Assembly: GCF_041956535.1 (NCBI RefSeq)
Contig: NW_027192219.1
Location: forward strand, 293,522 to 357,521
Length of the DNA stretch: 64,000 nucleotides
DNA from: Calcarisporiella thermophila CBS 279.70
Lineage: Eukaryota > Fungi > Calcarisporiellomycota
Reading direction: 5' to 3'
The notes beneath the pieces are model-generated. The model was not told the DNA's origin, made no database searches, and was given only the letters and a program-made list of their open reading frames with translations. This document shows, piece after piece, positions 1 through 10,653 of this stretch (the stretch's first letter is position 1; the number at the start of each line of letters is the position of its first letter). The position numbers and the translations under genes were made by a program.

Positions 1-766
1 AAAATTTGAATGTTTCCATAATGTAGCGTGCTGCTTGATCAAAAGTTTTGAATACCGGAAGAAATCAACCCCACTGAACTGTATTAGAGTAAAGTTATTG
101 CTATAAGTGGACATATATGTCATTTTTTTTAAAATATGTGGCCCCAGTATTCGCTTACAATATTAAATGTACGTTGTATTTCTTCAAAAAGATTTATAGA
201 TCATGGTAAACATAGACAATATTTTGAACTACAGTAAATTAAAGAGTGTAGTGGTGAACTCAGACGGCTTTTCGTGCAGCAACGAAAGGAGGTGGAGGAG
301 CTCAGTGGTGTCGAGTTACATGATCTGCGTGTCTATGATCCTTTTTCAATACCCGCTGGTAAGGAATTTTAGCTAAGAACCGAGAATACACCAAACGGGT
401 TCGATTACTCTAATTTCATGCCTTCACAAATGCCATTGAGGATAGTTAAAGCATATCTATATTAGTTGCACCTTCTGATAAAATATCTCCGGAAGTTTTG
501 GAGCACTTTATTTTTTACTTTTACCTAATTATTTTTTTTTATAAACTACGCCCGTAAAAAAAAAGTAAATATTTGAAAAACCCACTTGTGTTGTTACTAT
601 TTCGTATTCAACTGAATACCCTTTACTCTCTTCAAGTGAAATATTAACGTATTTCGGAAATTTTCTTAAATCCAGATATAGAGATTTTACATGGTGCCGA
701 CCTTTTATTCGCTTTCTTTACAGGGGCATTTTAATAAATCCTTTGTATAAATAAAGTGCTCTCCGA

Positions 767-1686
767 CTACCACTTAGTATATCCTTCTCTTGCCTTAATC
801 ACCGCTTGGATCCGTTCTGGCATCGTGCGAACCATCTTCACACAAACCTCCTGCGTGAGCGACTCCCAGATAATATTATCTCATAGATCACCTGGCTCGT
901 TATCTTCAGGAATCTGCTACTTAGACGTCCCTTATAGCTCAGCCCATAAAATTTCTATGGGGTTGAGATCTGGTGATGATGAAGGCCAGTCGAGAACTTG
1001 GATTTGGTTGTTTTCGAACCACCGACCAATAAGTTTGACCTTGTGCTTAGGGGGTTATTGTCATGCTGAAACACTATCTCTTGCTTGCTGAGACTATACA
1101 ACTGGAGCGTAGCTATCATCTCTTCGTCGAGAATTCTTGAATATAACTCAGCGTTAAGATTTTCTATTATACGACATGCTCTTCCAATGCCATGTGGAGT
1201 CATGCAACCCCACATCATAATACTTCCGCCACCGTGTTTGCTTGTTGGCTGTATATGGCGCTCTTGCAATGGTTCATTACATTTCTTCCAGAACTACTCT
1301 CGCGTTTTATTCCCAAAGATACGTATTTGGCACTCGTCGGAAAAAATGGCACGGTTCCAATCTTTAACGGTCCAATTGCTGTATTTCTTTGCAAATGCCA
1401 TGAGTCTCCTAAGGCGATGCCTTTTCGATAGAAAGAGGTTTTTCTCGACCCTAGCTACAAAATCATTACAATGGAGTGTTTCACGAACAGTGTTCACGGA
1501 AATAACCTCCTCAGTCGTCTCGTTCCAAAGTTCTTGCGCCTTGACTCTGTTCTTACACTCTCGTATCGCCACGCTTCTGCATAACCTATGTTCACCACGG
1601 CTTGATAATTTGCGTGGGTGACCCATTTTCATTCTCGGAGGATTATTAAATGCATTCTCTTTATTCTGGAGTATTCTTGCCAACAT
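767..1686 (-). mobile_element. Degenerate Tc1/mariner (DD34E-type) transposase pseudogene
   Basis: Fragments in several frames on the minus strand: HTH region (GHPRKLS...ISVNTVRETL), 'AIFSDECQI' (first D), 'KHGGGSIMMWGCM', 'VFQHDN' (second D), 'WPSSSPDLNPIEILW' (catalytic E) and a typical C-terminus 'IKAREGYTKW*' ending at 767. It is broken by stops and frameshifts. No TIRs identified. Confidence 0.9.
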
Positions 1687-2319
1687 GGGAACGCCGCATG
1701 AGTAAACATGGTGGAAATAGAACTGAGATGTCTACGAACCTTGGATATATTCAAAAGACTTTATCGATTTCATCCTTCATATAGGCACACTGTTAAACAC
1801 GAGAGAAGTGAATGCTGTCTTTTAAAACTGTTTCTTTACTTGCAATATATTTTATTATCCGTTGATTGTTCTTATCGATCACTTCATATATAATATAATA
1901 TTCTACTGCTTTTTCTCTGATCCAATATGTCTGATCATTTGAAGGTATCCATCGACTCTTTGATCCATTTCGAAGGAAAAATTTGGTCACAGCATCCCAA
2001 GGCCAGGGACTCTTGAAATTGGACAAAATTGCACCCTGTTTTTTTTTCCCAAGTATATCGTCGTGTTTACTCATCTCTTTTAACAGGGTTCCCAAGGATG
2101 TTTCTCACAAAGTTAGGCGCTAAGCTTACGAGGTAAACAGCCGCCACCCCGTATTTGAATATGTGATGAGGCTTGCAGGATAGACGTGCAAGTCTGGTAA
2201 TTTAAATGGACCCCCAATTTTAAAATTGGTATCAAGGAGCATCCTCTTTTACATGGCTTTGATATTCGGATTGAAAAAATGTATATATCTCCAGAATAGA
2301 TGAGTGATATTACATCAAA

Positions 2320-3534
2320 TTATCGTAGTTTTTCGCCTAATCCGGCGACTTTATTGACATCCCGAAGCACCCAAGGATGCGGCTCTTTAGCCTGCGTGAA
2401 TGGCATTTCTTTGCCCCCTCTTAAAGTAAGCGTGTTGACCAAGCGTATATTGGAGACCCGTTCCCGGAAATAGGCGTCCTTCAGTTTGAATTCGCCTTTT
2501 TCTAACCGGAACACCGCGATATCGGCAGGGCCTCCTAGGTGAAGCCGCCCAAGTTCCGGACAGCCGATGGCCTTGCTTGGGCTAAGGGTGGCCCGCGCGA
2601 TCACCTCGTGCAGCGGCACCCCAAGGTGCAAGAACTTGGAGAGCGTGGTGGGGAGGTCGTACAAAGGCCCGAGTGCAGAGAGCTGGTGGAGATCGGAGCT
2701 GATCACATCGGGCAGCTGGCCTTGCTTGACCATAGCTTCGGCGACGGACCAGCTGAAGCTCCCGGACCCATGCCCCAGATCGAGAAGGATGCCGCGGCTT
2801 CGCATCTCCTCCACCACCGGTTTCAGGCGGTAATTCTCGTCGACCAGGCTCTGCGAATGTCCTGTACAGCAGTGGGTCAGGATGTCGCCGGGCGCCATGA
2901 TGCCAACCACGTCCTCAAGCGTGGGCGGGGCCTTTGCAATGTGCACCATCACCGGAAGGCCCACTGCGTCCGCCACCTCTCTTGCCTTTTTCAAGGCCTT
3001 CACGCCTTTATCACTGCCCTGCGATGTATCCGCGTCCACGCGCACTTTGATTCCCTTGATATGGTCGCGGTTGGCCTGAATGGTCGCCACCGCAAGCTCC
3101 ACGTCCACGTTCTCCTCGTGACTCAGCTCGAACGTGCGGCCCGTCAGCCCGATCGCCGAGATATGCAGGAAAGAGAAGACGCGGGTTAGACTCTGGGAAA
3201 TGATGAATCGTTTGAACCCCGGGAAAGTATAGGCGCCAGCGCTCCCCGCGTCCACCACGGTGGTCACGCCGGTGCGGGCACATATGGGGTCCGCCTCGAG
3301 CCCCCAATAGGTGGAGCCCCAGTATACGTGCGTGTGGAGGTCCACTAGCCCCGGGGTTACATACTGCCCCGTTGCGTCCACTATACAGCGGGCATCGCCC
3401 GAGAGATTGGGCCCAATGTCTGCAATTCGGCCATTTGAAATGGCTATGTCGGCGAGGGACTCTGTCTTGGAGAGAGTGTCGATGAGAGTTCCTCCCTTGA
3501 TGAGGACATCGTAATCAGCATTCGATGAAGCCAT
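2320..3534 (-). CDS. Amidohydrolase/deacetylase-family metallohydrolase (COG3964 / EF_0837 / Atu3266-like; often misannotated as dihydroorotase), intronless
   Basis: 404-aa uninterrupted ORF with 'PGLVDLHTHV' (HxH), 'GVTTVVDAGSAG', 'IKGIKVR' (carbamylated Lys position), 'VMVHI', 'GDILTHC', 'DLGHGSGSF' and 'ISSDLH', which is the signature set of this mainly bacterial family. Confidence 0.9.
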   Translation of the reverse strand: MASSNADYDVLIKGGTLIDTLSKTESLADIAISNGRIADIGPNLSGDARCIVDATGQYVTPGLVDLHTHVYWGSTYWGLEADPICARTGVTTVVDAGSAGAYTFPGFKRFIISQSLTRVFSFLHISAIGLTGRTFELSHEENVDVELAVATIQANRDHIKGIKVRVDADTSQGSDKGVKALKKAREVADAVGLPVMVHIAKAPPTLEDVVGIMAPGDILTHCCTGHSQSLVDENYRLKPVVEEMRSRGILLDLGHGSGSFSWSVAEAMVKQGQLPDVISSDLHQLSALGPLYDLPTTLSKFLHLGVPLHEVIARATLSPSKAIGCPELGRLHLGGPADIAVFRLEKGEFKLKDAYFRERVSNIRLVNTLTLRGGKEMPFTQAKEPHPWVLRDVNKVAGLGEKLR

Positions 3535-3848
3535 AAACCTGAGAATTCCACCTGCGCGTGAAAGATAGAGCTCAGGCGCGTGGGCAAGAAAAGCCCCGCA
3601 GGTCTATCAGGGAAAGTGTGGGGGAGCGGGGCTGGACTCCAAAAGGTTTACCCTATTATCTATCTGTTGCTCCCAACCTTAATCTCTTTCTTCGATAGAT
3701 GATCAAGATGACGGGCCAATGGGTGCCGAGTCGGAGCTGCCAATGGAAGGCCAGACCCCACTAAAAATAGGCTTGACTCTTGACATACCCTTTTTTCTCA
3801 AGCGTGTTCCCTTCCAATCTCGCTCTTCTCGCTCTTCTCGCTCTTCTC
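3535..3848. promoter_or_regulatory. Bidirectional promoter with clustered GATA (HGATAR) sites
   Basis: 314 bp between divergent ATGs. AGATAG at 3563, CTATCA at 3604, TTATCT at 3656, CTATCT at 3660 and CGATAG at 3693. A (CTCGCTCTT)x3 pyrimidine repeat lies just upstream of the ATG at 3849. Confidence 0.55.
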
Positions 3849-5303
3849 ATGGCGTCCCTTCCTCCGCAAACCTCCATCCCCGCATTCTTCCCTCCCGACT
3901 TTTACGCGGAGGCCAAGGATCGCCTTCGTAAGCAGTACGTGGGGAAGAGGCTCGTCGACATTCGTTCCCCGGCCCTCGTTGTTAATCGCGCCATTGTCGA
4001 GCGAAATGCACGTCGATTTGAGCAAATTTCGGAGCGCCTTGGGGTGAAAATGCGAGTCCATGTTAAGACGCACAAGGTAGAGATAGGCAATCCTTTCGAT
4101 GCTTACGCTCGGCATTTAATTCCATATTTCAATTGCTCTGACAGACTATTGAAGCCACGGAGATCCAGCTCTCTGAAAAATGTGATTCCATCATTGTCAG
4201 CACTATGGCCGAGGCAGATTTTTTGATCAACTCCCATCTAGTCTCGACTAAAAGGCTCCGGGATGTAAGTTTGCCGAATTCCAGACAAAACAAAAAGGCA
4301 TCCGTTATCAACGGTATTGTTGACAGGTCCTCCTCGGCCTCCCGATCAGCCCCGATAAACTGCAAGAAGCCGCGCTTCTTGCGAAGAAAGTGCCCGTGTT
4401 CAACCTCATGATTGATAATCTGGAGGCATTGGAGGCTGTGGAGAGCTTCTGCGTTCAATGGGGCCAGGACAAGGGGGAGGAGCTGAAGTTCCACGCGTTC
4501 TTGAAAATAGAGTGCGGAAACCAGTACGTCTTTTGCTAGTGTCATCCCCGCTGCTGAATTCATCCAAATGCATTCTCAAATTTAGGCGCGCAGGAGTCCC
4601 TCCAAACTATGCGCCCACGCTTGAACTGGCCCAGAGGCTTCAGGCCAGCCCCCACGTCCATCTGACGGGCATCTATTCCCACGCCGGCCACTCCTATGGA
4701 GGGCGCGACCCCGGATCTACGCAAGACTTTCTTCACCAGGAACGCGACGCGGCTCTTGAATTCAAGCAGTATCTCGAGAAGAACGGGGTGAAGGTTGGAG
4801 AGATATCCATCGGCGCCACCCCGACCGCTATGGCCGCGTCGCTTGAGAGTGTGGAGGGGCTAGGCGGAATCACGGAGCTGCACGCGGGCAATTACATTTT
4901 CTTTGACCGGCAGCAGATTGCCACCGGCCTCGTGGCCCCGGAGGACTGTGCTGCAACAGTCCTGTGTCGGGTGTTGAGTCACTATCCGCTTCGCAGCCAA
5001 ATCCTGGTGGATGCGGGGGCATTGGCCTTCTCGCGCGATGCTGCTCCCCAGGGGGGGTTCGGCACCGTCCTGGGCCACGAAACATGGGAGTTTGCCAAGA
5101 CATCGCAAGAGCATGGGATCATGACCGTGCCGGTGGAGGAGTTCAGCAAGCTACCCATAGGCACTGCGCTGCACGTGATCCCGAACCATGCGTGCTTAAC
5201 CGCCGCGTGTTTCCCCTTCTACATTGTGGTGAGCGATAGCGGGAATTCAGCCTTGGACCAATTGGTGGTGGAGGATGTGTGGGTCCCTTGCAAATTTTGG
5301 TAG
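3849..5303 (+). CDS. DSD1: DSD1-like D-serine dehydratase / D-threonine-aldolase family (fold-type III PLP enzyme)
   Basis: Exons 3849-4076, 4145-4264, 4327-4523 and 4586-5303, joined by GT-AG introns in one frame. Motifs: 'SPALVVN', PLP lysine 'RVHVKTHKT', 'VSTMAEA', 'KIECGNQRAGV', 'YSHAGHSY', 'SIGATPT', 'ELHAGNY', 'DAG', 'SQEHG' and the Zn-ligand motif 'PNHACLTAA'. Confidence 0.9.
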
Positions 5304-5633
5304 AGCGGCTGGGCCCATCCCAATGGACAGGAAAGGGATTCAACTAATATTTAATACCTTGTCATTTTTTATCATGTTGTATCTGTACGCTATAAAGTGA
5401 GTAACTCCTCCCCCCAAGGATAAAGCAATAGCCGCTGCCTAATTCTATCTATGGAAAACTCTCCTCTCTTGCCCACGAGGACTTTCTGGATCCCATTCTA
5501 CGAATCACCTGGATGACTAAGAAAATGGTGGAATTCTCGAGACCACGTGCACAGGGTGGGAAAATAGCACGTATTTAAATCGAACCCGCAGATTACTAAG
5601 TCGCGGTTGGAATCGCGTCAACTTAGTAGCACG

Positions 5634-6118
5634 ATGGCTAACATCAACAAAAAATTCATTAACACTGAGCAGACAGTCCTAAGCAGCGCCAATCGCGCAG
5701 CTCCATTGTCACAAGCTGTGGTCATTAATGACCTGGTGTTTTGCTCGGGAATTATCCCCCAAACCCCTGAAGGTAAGTGGCAAGCCCCCTCTCTTTCGAC
5801 CACCCCCCCCCCCCATGGACTGCTTAACATTCTCGGCACTAATGTGGGTCATATATAGGGGATCTTGTCGAAGGTGACATTCAGGTTAAGACCCGCCAAA
5901 TCATAAGCAATTTAAAGGATGTTCTCAGTGCTGCAGGAACATCACTTGAGAAGCTTGTGAAGGTGAATGTATACCTCAAGGATATGGGAAACTTCAGCTC
6001 TATGAATGAAGCGTATAATGAGCTGCTGCCAGAGCCGAAACCTGCGCGAACATGCGTTCAAGTGGCCAATCTGCCGAGGAATGTGGATATTGAAATAGAA
6101 TGCGTGGCCCACCTATGA
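5634..6118 (+). CDS. RidA/YjgF/UK114 (Mmf1/Hmf1-like) enamine/imine deaminase
   Basis: Exons 5634-5772 and 5859-6118. Translation includes 'PLSQAVV', 'CSG', 'LVKVNVYLKDMGNFSSMNEAY', the catalytic Arg in 'KPARTCVQV' and 'IEIECVA'. The second exon is absent from the ORF track. Confidence 0.93.
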
Positions 6119-9100
6119 ATTAGATCCAGTGGAGACACTCTTTTCTAAATTCCATTTTCTCTATCCAATAAACATATACTTGAAGAGGTACACCCGCGAC
6201 CTCCTATGCCCTTTTACATTGGCCTCAAGTGGAGCTGGCTAAAGACTCCCTTTTCCCGGGGACAGGCAGTTGGTTATTATTGGAGAAGGCAGCAATACAA
6301 TGAGATCTGTCAGCCCAGGGAAGCTTCATGCCACTGGTTGTGGCCTATTCTGAAAAGGCTTATGTGATGGACAATGGTTCTCTTTTTAAGAAAAAGATAG
6401 ATAGGAAAAGCCCGCGTTTATTGGCAACGCTAAAGACACTGCACCTATTAGTTTCGATAACGAGCTTCTCCTTATTAGCGCCTATTGAATACTCTAGGCA
6501 AGACATTGGTTATGAGAGGCCTGACCAAATGAATGGTAAAGAATTTTGTAGAAGAAAGGAAGGAGCGCTGAATAAATTAAGTGCTGGGTAACCAGGGTTG
6601 AAGCACAGCCGGTATCGCGATATATGAGATGATAAAGAGGTCTGCTAGTACAAATTTTCTATTTGCTATGGAATAGATAGGAGACTCAATTCAAGGACTG
6701 AAGATAAAATAAAATATAGAAAATCCTTGCACAAAATAGCGCGTTGCTGACATGTAATATATTGCCTCTTTGGTTTCTCAGGCTAACCAGCTGCTCTTCA
6801 ACCGCATGGCATCCTGGTTGATTCGAGACTCTTTGACACTACCCGGGCTTTAATGAGAATTTCATCCTGACGCGCACATGGTGCTGAAAACTGGGTCGTC
6901 GATCCGATTCTAAGTTTCCTTCATAAAGAACCATTTCTTTGACCCTCTTGGAGAGTATGAAAAACACGCGTCTGCTGTGCTTAGAGCTTGCTCACTGGAT
7001 TCCATCGATTTCGAAAAGGCAGTCACGTTCATTCTCCGTTTCAAAGGTTTGTTTACATGTTGAAATTCGGGTATAAAAGTGACCAGATTTTTCACTTATT
7101 CTCCTTACTCTCTTCCTCTTCTCTACTTTTTCCTATCTCTTCTTCCTCCATCTCTTTCTATCAACCCCATTATGTATTATTAACTACCCATCCGCGCTAA
7201 TACTGAATTGAGTATGAGGTAAATAGGCCTGTTCGAATTTTCTATTTTTTTTTGGGGGGGTGGTTTATGATGAGATTTCAAGAGGACAACGTCTTCTTTC
7301 CCCGTCCTCGCCTTAACTTATCGACCATGGTGAAACAAACCACCGGCGCCCGATTTGTTTGGGTTGTCGGTTGTACTTGCCAGTATTTTTTTCTACTGAT
7401 TCATCACCCTTTCAGCTCCCACTGCATTCATGTTGCGAATTCAAGGATGATTACTAATGTTTTATCCTTCATTAGATTGTACATTTCTGCCCTCATCTCG
7501 TCAGTACTATAGTATTAGTATACTATTAGGTAATTATCCACTTATGCGCAGGGGGGTTTTGGAAAGGGGATTTAGGGGATGATGTTTATTCCTAATTCGC
7601 AGTTTCCACCAAAAGAGCTTGACGCTCTTGTGATGGTTAAAGCACCTTCCTTGGATGTCTGATAAATCCTTTATCCTAAAACCCTCTGGTTTTCGCCATG
7701 GTTGAATCCGTTGACTAATGATTTTACGGTTTTAGGTTTTACGATGTCCTGTTTACATCGAGGTTAACGAACTAAATATCAATAAAAAATAATTTAGTCT
7801 AAATCGTTCTTTCGAATTACCAAGAGTAAATGTTATTTGACCCCAATGAACTATCTCCTGCCAATGCTACAGTTAAAAAATTGGGTTCAAACATGAATAA
7901 TTTTGTGATATCCTCAGAAGCTAGTGATGGCATGGTGTTTATTAATGGATTCGCTCGGATGCGATTTCTACATTCTTGTTTCATGGTTGAAATGTATGGT
8001 TTAAAGGGCGCATCCCTTGATTTATGAATAATTTTGTATTTTATTCAATTATCTTTGCCAAACTTTTAAGCTGTACTATGAGGCGGCAGGGTCAAAAACA
8101 AAACAAGCACCACCACCCTGTACAATTCAGAAAATAAACCAAGATCAGCATGAATAAACTATTTAAGCCATAGACAGTCGATATAGAGTTAATAAAACAA
8201 AGAGTCTTTGGTAATTGGCCAAAGCTTCGCGGGTGAGCATACTACTCTGGTATTGCTTGGTATAACACATAAGATCATCCAAGTTCGGAAAACTTAACTA
8301 ATTTTCATCCTTTAAGGGCTGTTGCGATGAATCAGGGCTTTTTTTACTTCCTGATCATCTTTGGTGATTCTGCTAGAGTGGGTTTAGGTTTTAAGGGTAG
8401 TTCATAGAGAGAAATATTCTTTCCAGCACCTTCGAAGCCCATTTCCTCAGGATCAGATGCATGCCTATCCTTTGCACGACCTTGCTTATGCAAACCTGTT
8501 CTCGAAAAGGAACACTCTGTTACTTCACCCCTCCTTGCTTGCATCGAAACGGACGGGAAAATCCGCCTACCTTTATTGGGCTTGGGTTTTGGAAGATTTG
8601 CCATAACCATAGGCATATTCATCGGGGATATGCCAATACCCATCCACGGATACACTTGGACGGGCATCCACATGGGTGGGGGCTGAATTTGAATAGCAGG
8701 TTGACTAGGTTCTGGCGCGGGTGCTGTAGTTGCGGCCACGGGTGGTGCTGAAGCGGGGAGTGAAGGCGCAGGAGGATTGGGAACAGCAGGAAGGGGGAGG
8801 AATGTCTGTTAGTTTCCGGTGGAGGCGCCAAAGCTAACACTTTTAACTACTGGACCAGATACAGGCCGCCCAATAGAGCTAGCTGATATAGGGAGGGGTT
8901 GGCAACCTTTGCCAAAGGGCTGCCACCGTGGGGTCATAATAATAGTGCTAGATTTACGCAGTTTCATCATGATAACGCAGGACAATAGGCCGAGTTTAAG
9001 CTCCTCCGTGAACATCCACGTGCAATGAAATAGATCCGAGATGGACGCATCCACAGCATGTGCACAGCGCTTGGTTATGAGCGTGCAGGACGCGACGTCT

Positions 9101-10653
9101 CATAGCGGGGCGGGCATTGGCGAGACCAATTGCACCCAAGACCCGGAGATTCATGGGAGGGTTTGTTTGCTTGGGGTATCTTAATTTTCCTATAGATTGA
9201 GGTGGGTGATGATACAGGAGGAGCAGGCAGCATGGGTTGCCAGTTATTCTTGGCCCTGTTTTGATAATGAGCACGAAAAGTGCAATACAGAGGGCTGCGC
9301 TTTATCGGAGGGAACTGGGGTTAAGATAAAACAGCCTTTCACACTCAGTCGATGCCCTCGCCGACTGCGGGTGCGGCGATTTCAAAAGCTCAATGCCAAT
9401 AGTTTAGGAATGCAATTCGGATGGTAGGCTGGAGCATTCACGGCCAGTATGAGCTTCTGTATAAACTAGCTCTGCACTCGAATGCCGATGCATTTCAGTC
9501 TGAGCCTCAAGAATGAGTCGGGTGGGTCCAGCAATGCCGGGCCGAGAAAACAAACTAAGGCTAGAAGTCCCAAGCTGTCCCGAAGGCAAATAGAACGGGA
9601 ATAAAAACGCGTTGAGTGCGGAGAATTGGCGCGCGCTTGTTGCTGTGTAACGGAGTCAAATTGGAAGGGGGACTCTCGGGATCGTGCAATTGTGGCAGGT
9701 GAGCGCGAGGTACTCTCGGGAGAGGAGGGCGACAATAAGGGGGAATCAGGAAAGGCCAAAGACATTTTCAGAAAAGCGGAGGCCGGTGTTTGGGATTCCT
9801 AAGGGGAGAAACATTCCGGCCAAACTCGTCGCATAAGGAGCGGCTCTCCTTTTTGGACACACCGGATTGTCTTAATCAAATTCAGGCTTTCCTGTTCTTT
9901 TCTCGCCAGCCACAGGGAGAGCCGAGTCTTGTGCCCTTGGGCTGAGGACGAGCAGCGGCGGGCGGGACAGCGTGAGGCCGAGGTCCCCCCGTGGATGGCG
10001 GCGCCTTCCAGCTGCACGGCCGAAGAGCGATGCAGCTGCGCGGTGGACGCGGATGCCGCTTGGTGCGGGAGGCGCGCCTGGGCCTTGGGGAGGTGCGTGC
10101 AGAGCCGCGCGGGCAACCGCTAGTCCCGCGGAGGCTCTCAGACACCGGCCAGTGGGCGGGGGAGGCGGGCCGGGGAGTTGGGCCCTCGCGCCTCATCCAC
10201 TATGACTTTTAAATCGCTAAATTAAAAACTGCCCCTCGCCCCCCTTCGATTGATTTCTTCCTTATAAGGGCATGCAGATTCTGCCGGCTTGTCACCAGAG
10301 TGGTAGAGGGGACAAGCCGCGTTTTGCACACAAAAAAACTTTTTTTTCCAGCCAGGTTCTTTCGGAGAACCGTGCACCCGCTCCCTTCCCTCCCCCCTCG
10401 CTCTCTTTGTTTTCCTTTGCGGCTCGCCCCGTTGCGCTCTCATCGCACTCTCATCAGCATTTCATCTGCGCCTGCCATCGACCCAGCTGCTTGGCCTGTT
10501 CCGGCTCCTGTGCATCCCCGCATTCGCATTGACACGCATTCGTGGCCCCGTTCCCTCGTTGTTCCCATTCATTCTCCCCCATCCCGCCTCTGCATCCGCC
10601 AATTTCTATGTTCTCAGGCATCGCCCGGATGCTGGTTACGACATAGGTGAATC

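Noticed and set aside
1-2300. Terminal inverted repeats or an intact, active Tc1 element
   Set aside because: No convincing TA-flanked inverted pair was found by eye, and the transposase has several stops and frameshifts.
2320-3534. Annotation as pyrimidine-biosynthetic dihydroorotase (URA4/pyrC)
   Set aside because: It lacks the HxR/MPN substrate-binding motifs of true dihydroorotases; the motifs match the COG3964 deacetylase group.
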